Below are positions 11,970-24,650 of a stretch of DNA of 64,000 nt, piece after piece. The notes beneath the pieces were generated by a model. That model made no database searches. It saw only the letters and a list, made by a program, of their open reading frames with translations, and had not been told where the DNA came from. A program made the translations under genes and the position numbers. Every line of letters begins with the position of its first letter. Position 1 is the first letter of the stretch. Source of the DNA: Sphyrna mokarran (taxonomy: Eukaryota); assembly GCA_024679065.1 (NCBI GenBank), contig JAGIQG010000016.1, positions 2,170,001 through 2,234,000 on the forward strand, read 5' to 3'.

Positions 11970-13559
11970 CTGGGGAGAGAAACATCAATATTTAACACTG
12001 GATGGTTTGTGGATCCACTAAATTCATTATTTACCCCCTCCATCACTAATGCACAGTGGCTGCAGTGTGGACTGTGTACAGGACATACAAGGAACTGCCA
12101 AAAGTTCCACAATGGATGGAAGAGAATCCTGGACACAGGAGTGAACAAGTTCATTCTACACTGGCTCATGGTCCTTAGAGCCCAGTTTAATGAAGCGAAT
12201 CTTCCATCCAACACAATGTCTACAAGGTGCACCAATGGAGATACGTTCAGTGCTGATCGACAAGGCAGGACAATGGATTAGGAGTCCCAATAGCTCCCAT
12301 CATCATTACCATCATGAATCAGCAATTTCCTTACCTGCCTGTTAGCTCTTCAACATAGATGATTGGCTAATGTGATTCCAAATAATTGGGACAATTCACG
12401 TATTGATTATCCAAGGAATCTCAATTGACTTGTCAGCGTTAATTGATAGATTTTGTAAAAGCGGACAGATTTAACACTCCTACATTAGATTCAAATCGTA
12501 TAGTAGTCAAATATTTATATCTTAAGGTGCTAACATTAACAGAGCCCAAACACAGCTCCAGTCAGCAGACAACCGAGAGGGTGGTCTGACCTGACTGCCC
12601 TTCCACAGTGGCTACATTCACAGCTGAGTATCCCTGGAGAGGGGGCCTGACATGTCCACGGGCACCGTTGAGATAGCACAGGGAATGGAATGTTTTATTG
12701 ATCCTTCTAATCATCCTTTGGGTTTTTTTTAAGTTTAATTTCTGCTTTGTTTTTGTTTCGGGAAGTTCCTTCCTTCTTTCTTTATCCCTTTTTTATTTAA
12801 TTTTGTTTAAAAAAACTGACATCAACAGTAGTTGACAGCAAGGCTGTTTAGTTTTTAGAAGAACAAATTATTTTCCAGCTAGATTACCAACAAGCTTGTG
12901 AGTGACGGTTTAATTAAAGTTAAATTATAAACCAAGTTATAGCCAAGAACAGAATTTTAATGTACTGTGTGAGCAGTCTGTATCTGTGAGTTGGGGCTGA
13001 GAGCTGCATTCATTTGCCATCCCTATTATTTTTGTATGACAGCTAAAGCACAGGAGGGTGGTCCTCCAGAGGTTTCACTGGGGTAGCTCCTTCTATGCTT
13101 GAATCATAAATAAACTATTGTGACCTGTCCTTGGATCTCCTGTGGTTGGTTAAAAGAAATCCACCATAACAATTCCCATTGTCGAAAGGATAATTTCTGG
13201 TCTAATCCCCATGTTGTTGTATTGTTGATTCTGATGTAGCATTGGAGACTGACTTGTCCCCAAAGTCAGCACTGAGCCTGTTCCAGCGGACACTGTGAAA
13301 CACACTGAGGTTAGCACCCCTAGCCTGCGCTTTGCGTGTCTCAAAAGTGTTGCTATGTTGGCTTCACAACTTTTATGGATTGTTGCATTGCATTTTAGTT
13401 GCTTCAAATTGTACTCACACTAAAAGCTGATGAAAAACAGCACATATGCAGATTCATATTATTAAGAAGAGTTTAAAGTGTTAATGATCAGAAAATTAAT
13501 TAATTGAATGATAGAGCACAGAAGGAGGCCATTCACTTATGCTGGGCCTTTGAAAAGAT

Positions 13560-14740
13560 ATATTATTAGAGCAAAGCCCTTCAAACCCTTTTCAATCATG
13601 ATGCCCTAACTAAACTAAAAAAACTTTCTGCCTCTACTTGGTCCATATCCCTCTATATTCACAAACCCATTCACTGCCTCTTAAATGATGCTAATGTGCC
13701 TGCTTTCTCCGCCACATCTGGCAATGCAATGCGTTCCAGGCACCCAATACTCTGCGTGAAAAACTTACCCTGCACATTTCTCTTAAACTTTCACCCTCTC
13801 AACTTGAGTCTGTGTCTCCTTGTAATTATACCCTGGGAAAAAGCCTCTAACTATCCAAACCTGTCTCATCATTTAATAGACCTCTGTCAGGTCTCCCCCT
13901 CAGTCTCCATCTTTCCATTGAAAATAATCCTAGTTTATTCAACCTCTCCTCATAGCCAACACTCTCGAGACCAGACAACATCTTGGTGAATTTTCATTGC
14001 ATTCTTTCCAAACTTCCATGTCCTTTAATAGTGTGGTGACCAGAACTGCGTGTAATGCTCCAAGTGCAGCCTAACCAAAGTTTTATACAGCTGCAATATG
14101 ATTTTTCAACTCCTGTACTCAGTGCTCCGGCTAATGAACGCAAGCATGCCATATTCTGCTGTAATCACCTTGGCCAACCGTATTGCCACTTTTAGGGAAC
14201 TGTGGACCTGCATGCCCGGATCCTGCTGTATGTTAATGTTCCTAAGGTTCTGCCATTTACATGTAATTCACATCTTAATTCGATCCTCCAAAATGCATCA
14301 CCTTGCATTTGTCTGGATTAAATTCCATCTGCCATTTCTGTGCCCAAGTCTCCAATCTATCAATATCCTGTTGTATCCTGTGACAATCCCCAGCACTATC
14401 AGCAACTCCACTAATCTTTGTGTGATCCACAAATTTACTAATCAGACCCCCATATTTTCTTCCAGATCATTTATATATACTACAAACAACAAAGGTCCCA
14501 GCACTGATCTCTGCAGAACACAACTAGCTTCAGATCTCCATTCTGAAAAACACCTTTCCACCACTACTCTCTGTCTTCTATAACCCAGCCAATTCTGTAT
14601 CTATCTATCCAACCCATCCCAAATCCCATGTGATTTTAGTTTTTGTATCAGTCTGCTGAGTGGGACCTTGTCAAATACCTTATTAAAGTCCATATAAACG
14701 ACAACCACAGCCCTGCCCTCGTCAATTATTTTTGTCACCA
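13560..14740 (-). mobile_element. Decayed CR1 LINE RT to 3' fragment
   Basis: VTKIIDEGRAVVVVYMDFNKVFDKVP on the minus strand, continuing toward a CR1 3' end. Confidence 0.85.
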
Positions 14741-15384
14741 AATGCTCCTTGTGCTCTATGTTGGAAGTTGAAAGCATTTGCATTCCCCAGGGTCAGCGTA
14801 TGTACTGGAAGTGTCTCCAGCTACAGCTCCTGGAAGCCCAGGTTTCAGAGCTGCAGCAGTGGCTAGGGTTACTGTGAAGCATGCAGGAGGCAGAGAGGAT
14901 TGTGGATAGTATGTGTAGAGGCAGGTTCAGAATCCCAGGCAAGAAAGGAATGGGTGTGACCACCCGACAGAGCAAGAGAACTGGACAGGAAGTGCAGACA
15001 TTTCCCATGACAGTTCCCCTACAAAACTGGTACACTACTTTGGATACTGTTGAGAGGAATGGCCTTCCAATAGTTATTGGGGATTGAATTGTAAAGGGAA
15101 TAGATGGGACGTTCTGTGGAAATTAATACAACATTAAGGAGAAAAATATTAGCTCAGGTGATTTGGAATTTGTCCAGAGAGGGCTGGGAAACACTAAGAA
15201 GCAAAAAACATTCATGAGGCTTGTACACACCTGTGTTGATGTAGGGAATGGCATTAAACAGGAAATTAGAGAAACATACAATAAAGGAGCATCTGTAATA
15301 ATGGATGATTTTAATCTACAAATAGATTGGACAAGTCAAATCAGTCACAATACTGCAGAGGAGGAATTCTTAGAGTATATGTGA

Positions 15385-16040
15385 ACAAAGAGCAAATAAA
15401 ATTCAGCACAGGAATAGGCCCTTCGTCCCTCCAAGCCTACACCAACTATTCTGCCTGACTGAACTAAAACCCCCTACCCTTCCAGGGAATTATCCCTTTA
15501 TTCCCATAAAGGAAATAAAGGGATAATTCCATCCTATTCATGTATTTGTCAAGACGCCCCTTAAAAGTCATTACCGTATCTGCTTCCGCTACCTTCCCTG
15601 GCAATGAGTTCCAGGCACCCACTACCCTCTGAGTAAAAGATTTGCCTCATATATCTTCTTTAAACCTTGCCACTTGCATCACTTAGTAATTAACTCTTCC
15701 ACTCTGGGAGAAAGCTTCTGACTATCAGCTCTGTCCATGCCTCTCAAAATTTTGTAGAATTCTATCAGGTCGCCCCTGAACCTTCATCGTTCCAGTGAGA
15801 ATAAACCAAGTTTCTCCAACCTCTTCTCATAGTTAATGCCCTCCATACCAGGCAACATCCTGGTAAATCTTTTTTGTCACCTCTCAAAAGTGTCCACATC
15901 TTTCTGGTAGTGTGGTGACCAGAATTGAGCACCATATTCCAGATGCGACCTAACTAAGGTTCTATAAAGCTGCAACCTGACTTGCGCCCTGGTTGATGAA
16001 GCCAAGTATGCTATATGCCTTCTTGACTACCTTCCCCATT
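15385..16040 (-). mobile_element. CR1 LINE 3' fragment
   Basis: Minus-strand QFWSPHYQKDV..RVTK.FTRMLPGMEG motif and tail near 15390. Confidence 0.85.
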
Positions 16041-16044
16041 TGAC

Positions 16045-16760
16045 AAAGAACAAAACAGCATGGGAAACAGGCCCTTCAGCCCAACGAGCCTGCGCCGCCA
16101 CCCTGATGTTCCCACCTCTACCCGTGATCCCTGTCTATTTTTGTAGATCTGTGGATTAAAACCAAATTTGAGACAATTTAGACAGAATTTGTTTTGCCAG
16201 TCAGCCTAAGAGCACATTTTTGGGATGTGGGAGGAAACTGGAGCATCCGGAGAAAACCCACGCAAGCACGGGGAGAATGCACAAACTCCCACAGACACAG
16301 GCCCAAATCCATGTATCTGCACAGCACAGCGATAGTCACTGAGCTGTCGTGTTGCCCATCAAATGGTCCAGGACAAGTGTACACTAACGACATGAAGTGC
16401 TAGGATACTCTTGAAAAATCCAAGAGCAGCTCTCTCACAACCCATCGCGTGTATGCCCCTTGTTAGACAACAAGGTGGACCAAAGCACCTGTAGGATAAA
16501 AACAAGTACAGCAATATCGTCATCTATTTACGTACTTCCCAGGGACCCCCAAGGCTCATGATCCCTATTTTTAAATCAGTTTTCTATACCCCTCCATTTC
16601 CATTCTGTTCATGTGCCCATCGAAGTATTTCTTAAATAACTCCAGAGTGCCTGCCTCCACCACATTACTTGGCAGCGCATTCCATACCCCCACCACCCTC
16701 TGTGTGAAAAAACTCTCTCTAGCATCCAAATTATACCTTACCCCCCTCACTCTAAGCCCG
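16045..16760 (-). mobile_element. CR1 3' fragment with long 3' UTR containing a V-SINE-like domain
   Basis: ORF2 end FFTQRVVGVWNALP...MEGYRKLI*, then a UTR homologous to 29345-29565. Confidence 0.85.
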
Positions 16761-17669
16761 TGAATTTGCATTGCCAATTTCAGTGACCTGTTTACCTGTG
16801 CACCCAGATCAGTCTGCCTAGCAACACTCATAAAGGTTTTGCCATTTACTGTGTTTATGGAATGGTTTCCTGGACCAATGCTTTGAAGAACCAATTAGAG
16901 AACAGGCTATTCTAGACTGGATATTGTATAATGAGAAAGGAGTAATTGGAAAACTAGTTATGCAGCACCTCTTGTTGATGAGCAACCAAAATATGATGGA
17001 ATTCTTCATTACGTTGGAGAGTGTCATAATTGATTCTGAGACGAGGGTCCTGAATCTGAATACAGAAAACTACATGAATTTAAACAGGCATGATTTGGTT
17101 TTGATGGATTGGGAAACATAACTTAAAAGGATGATGGTACATAGACAATGGCAAATACTCAAAGAACGCATGGGTGAACTGCAACAATTCCTGTCTGGCA
17201 CAAAAATAAAATTATTTTTTATTTTGGTTAAACCATGGCTTGCAAAGGAAATTAGAGATTATGTAAAATCTAAGGAAGAGGCATACAAGTTGACCAGAAA
17301 ATAAAAATGACAGAACTGAGGAGAGGGAGTTTAGAATTCAGAAAAGGAAGACCAAGCGATTGATTAAAAAGTGGAAAATAGAGTACAAGAGTAAGCTTGC
17401 TGTGGAACATAAAAACTGACTGTAAAACTTTCTATCAGTATGTGAAGAGATAAAGATTGGTGAAGAATCTCACAGAAACCTATAAAATTCGAACAGGTTA
17501 GAGAGGGTAGATGCAAGAAGAATGTTCAAGTGTCCTAGAACCAAGACTCACGGTCTGAGAATGCAGGGTAAACCTTTTAGGACACAGATGAGGAAAATTT
17601 TCTTTACCTAGTGAGTGGTCAGCCTGTGGAATTCATTCCCATAGAAAGTAGGTGAGGCTAAACATTATG

Positions 17670-18301
17670 TGGGCAATTTCCCCAGACAGAAGACATAAGC
17701 AGAGGCCGTGAGGGCAGCTTTTCCCCGGGTGCCATGGCCTCTGCGCAGCTCCAGCCGCCAGGTTTCTGGCATTGTCAGCTCTGCACCAATTTCTTAAAAT
17801 ATTTAAATAAACATTGATATTTCATGAGCAGGCCCGGCAGTGAAGTCTCTGCATCCAGTAGCCTCTCCTCCCCCTCCCCGCCAGGAATTCCAGTGGGGTT
17901 TACAACAGCTCCCCACTTACAGGGAGCTGGTGGGTATTATGGGGGTGGGGGTGGGGTGGGGGGGATGTTGGTGTTGGTCAGAGGGGCAGCATTGTGGGTT
18001 GCTGTGTTGACCAGTGACGGAGCTGGCCAGTGATCAGGAGGTCAGCAGTGCAGGGCTACTGCACATGCACTGACCTTGGTCCTGATCGGCTAATGTGTAG
18101 TGACCTGCTCAGTGCTGTGCTGCCAGCCTCTCCAGTGGATTAGCCCATGTTCTCTAATTTTCTACATGAGTCATGATAGGTCACTCTGTGATGCACATAA
18201 TGTGGAACACTCATTTTGAAAATCCCATTGAAAAAAACGGTGGGATTTATTCATTTTTACACAAATTCGGCACTTAGAATCCTTTTAGGAGAATTCCACC
18301 C
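17670..18301. mobile_element. GC-rich non-autonomous DNA-transposon-like insertion (possibly Harbinger-type MITE)
   Basis: Interrupts a CR1 3' end. Imperfect termini gggcaatttcccc / ggagaattccaccc. Similar element at ~54750-55597. Confidence 0.4.
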
Positions 18302-19341
18302 CTTGTTTTCAAAAAGCAGTTAGATGTAGCTCTTGGGGTAAAAGAAATCAAAGAGTATGGGTGGAAGGCGAGGTCAGACTACTGAGTTGGATGATCAGCC
18401 ATGATCATACTGAATGGCGGAGCAGGATTGAAAAGCCAAATGGTCCATTCCTGCTCCTATTTTCTGTGTTGTATTACATAAAACATTGTCTCTGCCTCAG
18501 TTAGAGTATTGTGTCCAATTCTCGGCACCACACTTTAGGAAGGATGTGAACTCTTTGGAAAGAAAACACAGAAGAGATTCACAAGAATAGTTCACAAGAA
18601 TTGTTCTGTGGATGGATTAGAGAAGCTCCAATTATTCTCCTGGGAGTGGAGAAGGTCGAGAGATAGATTTGATTGAGGTGTTCAAAATCACGAGGGGGTC
18701 TAGGACAGAGTCGAGAGGCAGGAACTGTTCCCATTGGTGAAGGGATCAGGAACTAGGGTGACACAGATCAAAGGTGATTGGTGACAGAAGAGAGGGAGAC
18801 ATGAGGAGAAACTTTTTCGCCCAGCGAGTAGTTCAGTTCAGGGAATCCACTGCCTGAGAGTGTGCAGGAGGCAAATTCAATTGAGGAATTCGGAAAGGAA
18901 TTGGATCAGAATCTGAAAAAGAAACATGTGCAGGGTTAGAGAGTGAAGGTGGGGGGAGTGGTACTTTGTCTCTATGCAGGGTCTCTGAGGAAACAATGGG
19001 ATGACTTATCTTCTGACATTACCATTCTAATGATTCATTTCCATGAAAATAATTCTCCACACCTTCCCTTGACTGCAATCGTAACCGAGCAGGGAGACTG
19101 TGTTTTATTCTACACAGTGAGTTCTGAGCAAACATTTGGAATTGGAGGGTGAAGTGTGAAATTCATTGAAAAGTCATCAAGACTTCAGTGCAGCAATACT
19201 TAGAATGAGCAATGAGCAGGCCTTCAACGAATCAATCTCTCAGTTCAGATCTGAGATTCCAAAGTCTAAGTCAACTCTTTCAAACAGGAGAATTCTTACA
19301 GCATAGGAATGTGTAACTGATTGGACATGATAGCCAAACAC

Positions 19342-22328
19342 ATAGAATAGAATATAGAACATTACAGCGCAGAACAGGCCCTTCGGCCCTCGATGTTGCG
19401 CCGACCAATTAAGAGAAAGCAATGACCCTCTAACCTAAACCATTCCCTTTTCATCCATAACCTTATCTACTGACCTCTTAAACGCCCCCAAACTTGGCGC
19501 ATCTACACCTGCAGCAGGCAGGGCATTCCATACCCTTTCCACCCTCTGGGTAAAAAACCTACCTCTGACATCCGTCCTATAACTATCACCCCTTAATTTA
19601 AAGCTATGTCCCCTCGTGCTAGCTTTCTCCATCCTAGGAAAAAGGCTATCACTGTCCACCCTATCTAAACCTCTAATCATCTTATATGTTTCAATAAGGT
19701 CTCCTCTTAGACGCCTTCTTTCTAACGAAAACAACCTCAAATCCCTCAGCCTCTCCTTATAAGACCTGCCCTCCATACCAGGCAACATCCTGGTAAACCT
19801 CCTCTGTACCCTCTCCAATGCCTCCACATCTTTCTTATAATGTGGGGACCAGAACTGCACAAATACTCCAAGTGCGGCCGCACTAGAGTTTTGTACAGTT
19901 GCAACATGACGTTGCGGCTCCGAAATTCAATCCCCCTACCAATAAAAGCTAAGACTCCATATGCCTTCTTAACAACCTTATCGACTTGATTGCCAACTTT
20001 CAGGAATCTATGCACATATACACCAAGATCCCTCTGTTCTTCAACACTATTAAGAGTCCTACCATTAGCCCTATACTCTACACATTTGTTATTTCTGCCA
20101 AAGTAAATTACCTCACACTTTCCCACATTAAACTCCATTTGCCACCTCTCGGCCCAGCTCTGCAACTTGTCCAAGTCTCTCTGCAAACTATAACACCCCT
20201 CTTCACTACCTACCACTCCTCCGACTTTGGTGTCATCTGCAAATTTACTAATCCATCCTTCAATACCCTCATCCAGATCATTTATAAAAATTACAAACAG
20301 CAGGGGGCCCCAAAACAGATCCCTTAGGTACACCACTTGTAACCGAACTCCACGATGAATAATTTCCATCAACCACCACCCTCTGTCTTCTATCAGCTAG
20401 CCAATTCCTTATCCAATTAGCTAAATCACCCTCAATCCCATACATCTGCATTTTCTGCAGAAGCCTTCCATGGGGCACCTTTTCGAACGCCTTACTAAAG
20501 TCCATATATACCACATCAACTGCCTTACCCCCATCCACCGCTTTGGTCACTTTTTCAAAAAACTCAATAAGGTTAGTAAGGCATGACCTACCCTTCACAA
20601 AACCATGCTGACTATCCCCAATCAATTCATTTCTCTCTAAGTAACTATAAATCCTTTCCCTAATAATTCTTTCCAATACTTTGCCCACAACAGAAGTAAG
20701 ACTCACCAGTCTATAATTCCCAGGAAGGTCTCTATTCCCCTTCTTGAAAAATGGGATCACATTCGCTATCCTCCAGTCTTCCGGCACTATACCTGTAACC
20801 AACGACGACCTGAAGATCAGAGCCAGAGGCTCTGCAATCGCCTCTCTTGCCTCCCAGAGAATCCTAGGGCAAATCCTGTCCGGCCCAGGGGACTTATCTA
20901 TTTTCAAACCCTCAAGAATATCTAGCACCTCCTCCTTATCTACTTCAATACTTTCCAGTTTACAACCCTGTATCCCAGTGTTCTCCACAACTACATTTAC
21001 ATCTCCCTGCGTGAATACCGAAGAGAAATATTGTTCAGTGCCTCTCCAATCTCTTCAGGCTCCACGCACAACTTCCCACTGCTGTCTCTGACTGGCCCTA
21101 ATCTTGCCCTAACCAATCTTCTATTCTTAATATATCTAAAGAAAGCTTTAGGATTCTCCTTGATCCTATCAGCCAAAGTCTTCTCGTGTCCCCTTTTAGC
21201 TCTCCTCAACTCACTCTTCAGCTCCCGCCTGGCTAATCTATAGCTATCCATTGCACTAACTGAGCCTTCAAGCCTCATCCTGACATAAGCCTCCTTTTTC
21301 CTTCTAACCAGCAAATTAACTTTTTTAGTACACCATGGTTCCCTTACTCGACCATTTCCTCCTTGCCTGACAGGGACATACTTATCAAGGACTCGCAGTA
21401 GCTGCTCCTTGAATAAGCTCCACATTTCAGATGTTCCCAGTCCCTGTAGTTTCATAGTCCAACCTATGCACCCTAATTCCCTCCTCATGGCCTCATAATT
21501 ACCATTCCCCCAGGTTCATGCCTATCCCTATCCATCACTAAGGTGAACGTAACCAAATTGTGGTCACTATCACCAAAATGTTCACCAACTTCCAAGTCTA
21601 ACACCTGGTCTGGCTCATTGCCCAGCACCAAATCCAATGTAGCCTCACCTCTAGTTGGCCTATCTACATACTCAGTCAAAAAACCTTCCTGCACACTTTG
21701 TATAAAAACTGACCCCTCTAACGAGCTAGAGCTATAGCTATTCCAATCAATATTAGTAAAGTTAAAGTCCCCCATAACAATTACCCTATTACTTTCATTC
21801 CTGTCCAGGATGGACTTTGCAATCCTTTCCTCTACCTCTCTAGAATTTTTAGGAGGTCTATAAAAAACTCCCAACAGGGTGACCTCTCCTCTCCTGTTTC
21901 TAATCTCAGCCCATACTACCTCAACAGACAAGTCCTCATCAAACTTCCTTTCTGTCACCGTGATACAGTCTTTGACTAATAATGCCACTCCTCTCCTTCT
22001 TCTACCTCCTTCTCTACTCTGACTGAAGCATTTGAATCCCAGAACCTGCAACAACCATTCCTGTCCCAGCTCTATCCATGTCTCTGAAATGGCCACAACA
22101 TCGAAGTTCCAGGTACTGATCCAAGTTGCAAGTTCATCAACCTTATTGCGAATACTTCTTGCATTAAAGTATACGCATTTCAAACCATGCTCTACTCCAC
22201 CCATTTGATGCTGTGCTTTACAGTCCTTGTCTATGACCCTCCTATTCTCGTCCCTCTTAACATCCAAGCTACTCAGGATCCACCCCCCCCCCTCTAAATC
22301 AGTTTAAACCCCCCTGCATAGCCTTTGC
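19342..22328 (-). mobile_element. Young 5'-truncated CR1 LINE (APE endonuclease + RT) with 4 frameshifts
   Basis: ORFs 21485-22267, 20997-21488, 20278-20988, 19746-20372 and 19435-19860 join into ORF2 (FNARSI, GDFN, SDHN, FADD). TSD AACAC at 19337-19341 and 22329-22333. Empty site in paralogue at ~61175. Confidence 0.95.
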
Positions 22329-22769
22329 AACACGATGGGTTGAATGTCTCTTCCAACCTATCATTCTATAATTGTCTGAATTTTAAGTATGCAACAGTTA
22401 AAGGACAACAGCCATGTTCTATAAATTTGACACCTTTGTGCATTTGCTCTCACATGTTGTCTTTACACACATTCAGTTATTTCGCTTGACCTTGGCTGTG
22501 AACACGGTCAGATTAGGTAGGAAGTTTGAAGGCCAGACTGACTGCCTGTTGTAAGTGTTGCTGCATTATGGTCTGAACAACTTTGCACTAAACTTCACAT
22601 TTTAGTGCACCTCTTTCACATCCCATTCAAAATTCTTTGTTCGTCTTCAAGGTCTAGGCAGATAATTGTAGAGTTTAGGCTCGCCCAGGCAGCTGAAGAC
22701 ACAGCAACCATTGTTGGAGCGAAGAAATCAGAGGATGATCAAGAGGCTGAAATTGGAGCAGTAGAGACA

Positions 22770-23016
22770 TTGAAACTGCAATGAAATTATTGTGAAAATC
22801 CTCCCACTCCAGCACCTGTTTGGGTACATTGAGGGAGAATTTAGCATGGCCAATGCACCTAATCAGCATATCTTTCGCACTGTGGGAGGAAACCAGAGGA
22901 AACCAATGCAAACACAGGGACAATGTGCAGACTCCAACAGACAGTAACCCAAGCTGGGCATCAAACTTGGGAACTGACACTGTGAGGAAGCAGCGATAAG
23001 CACTCTGCCACTATGT
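22770..23016 (-). mobile_element. HE1-like V-SINE
   Basis: Minus-strand tRNA head and V-domain. Absent at the paralogous site near 61600. Confidence 0.7.
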
Positions 23017-23310
23017 CATTGGAGCAGATTGCAGATATAGAGTGGAGTGAAGGGGATGGAGAAATGAAGGGCAAAATTACAAAATTGTATAGGTTGCAGA
23101 AGCTTACTTAGAACTTGGGGACCTTTAAAATGAGGGCAGAATTTTAGGTTTGAAGTGTGGTCTGACAGTGAGTCATTGTGTATCAGTAAGCACAGAGGTG
23201 ATGAGTGAATGAGACTGGGTGTGAGTTCGTACACTAGGTCACTGCTGAATTGGTTTTCAATCAGGGATCAGTAAGAACTATAAATTTGTCCGAGCTGATG
23301 ATGATATTAC

Positions 23311-23350
23311 CTTGGAAAAGGGACAGGAGGAAGTAAGATTTCCCAATCAT
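23311..23350 (-). CDS. Gene A signal-peptide exon MIGKSYFLLSLFQ (exon 23311-23391 includes 5' UTR)
   Basis: Strong acceptor ctcctttctctttcAG at 23392-23393. Ends CAA G|GTAAT (phase 1, fits the V exons). Paralogue at 62264-62345. Upstream in-frame ATGs at 23356 and 23371 are also possible. Confidence 0.8.
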
Positions 23351-23495
23351 TGCCATTCTCAAATATTTCATCAACTTCTCATTCTCAAGCTCTGAAAGAG
23401 AAAGGAGTTACTGAGACATCACCTCTTGCCCAACAGCTATCTAGAGACCAGAACTACATTAAGAAAATGTTTATGCTGTATTGACCCTCGGTGTT

Positions 23496-24335
23496 GTCCA
23501 TCCCACAGTGCAGCACTCATTGAGTACTGACCCTTTGACAGTGTGGCACTCCTTCAATACTGACTCTCTGACAGTGCGGCACTCCCTCAGCATTGACCCT
23601 GTGACACTGTGGCACTCCCTCAGTACTGATCCTCCAACAGTGCAGCATTCCCTCAGTTCTGACTCACTGACAGTGCGTCACTCATTCAGTACTGACCCTT
23701 TGACGGTATGGCACTCTTCAATACTGACTCTCTGACAGTGCGGCACTCCCTCAGCATTGACCCTGTGACACTGTGGCACTCCCTCAGTACTGATCCTCCA
23801 ACAGTGCAGCATTCCCTCAGTTCTGACTCACTGACAGTGCGTCACTCATTCAGTACTGACCCTTTGACGGTATGGCACTCTTCAATACTGACCCTCTGAC
23901 AATGCAACACTCCCTCAGTACTGACCCTCCAACACTGTGGCACTCCCTCAGTACTGATCCTCTGACAGTGCAGCATTTCCTTAGTACTGACTCTCTGACA
24001 GTGCGGCACTCCCTCAGCACTGACCCTCTGACTGTGCGGCACTCCCTCAGCACTGACCCTCTGACAGTGTGGCACTCCCTCAGCACTGACTCTCTGACAG
24101 TGTGGCACTCCCTCAGCACTGAACTTCTGACAGTGCGGCACTCCCTCAGCACTGACCCTCTGACAGTGTGGCACTCCCTCAGTACTGACCCTCTGGCAGT
24201 GCGGTACTCCCTCAACACTGACCCTCTGGCAGTGCGGCACTCCCTCAACACTGACCCTCTGGCAGTGCAATACTCCCTGACACACTGACAGTGCATCACT
24301 CTTTCTGTACTGACCCTTTGACAGTGCAGCAATCC
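23496..24335 (-). repeat. 33-bp minisatellite, opposite orientation, upstream of the gene A leader exon
   Basis: (CACTCCCTCAGCACTGACCCTCTGACAGTGCGG)n. Confidence 0.96.
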
Positions 24336-24579
24336 CACAGTAAAAGCACTGAGAGCAGCTGACTAGATTATCAGCTGAAGCTCATGTCCTTGCGCTTCCC
24401 AGACCCCTTGAACGAGAAAGATGTTCTTTACGACAGACTGAAGCCTCACAGTCAGCTCTCAAAAATCAGTAGGAATCTTTCAAAGACATCAATCATTGGA
24501 ATCTGTCTTTGTAAAGTCTCAACATCAACAAAGGGTAATGTTGGTCATGGAAATGAATTCCAGTCGTTCTGTTACTTAC

Positions 24580-24650
24580 TTACTTGGATCTGTCCATCTG
24601 CTCGCTTGACCGCTGCTTGAGCTGAATGTCCTTTTTCTGTGCTGCACTCT
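24580..24650 (-). pseudogene. Degenerate orphan copy of cytoplasmic exon 1, within homology block ~24410-24790
   Basis: Aligns to 45408-45492 and its flanks (~45260-45620). Acceptor AG changed to AA, internal deletion, donor GTAAG retained. Confidence 0.75.

Larger units (their letters stand above)
14780..18480 (+). mobile_element. Old fragmented CR1 (ORF1 zinc finger, endonuclease, 3' end) interrupted by younger insertions
   Basis: C.KCLQLQLLEAQVSEL ORF1 relic, IMDDFNLQIDW endonuclease relic, EQAILDWILYNE at ~16900, 3' tail at ~18470. Confidence 0.7.
525..23391 (-). other. Gene A: Siglec/CD22/MAG-like Ig receptor (leader-V-V-C2-C2-TM); cytoplasmic exons lie beyond the left edge
   Basis: Six exons with GT-AG sites and compatible phases. 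Bases 1-470 match 45800-46230 of gene B, so the first cytoplasmic exon is expected about 0.3 kb left of the window. Confidence 0.88.
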
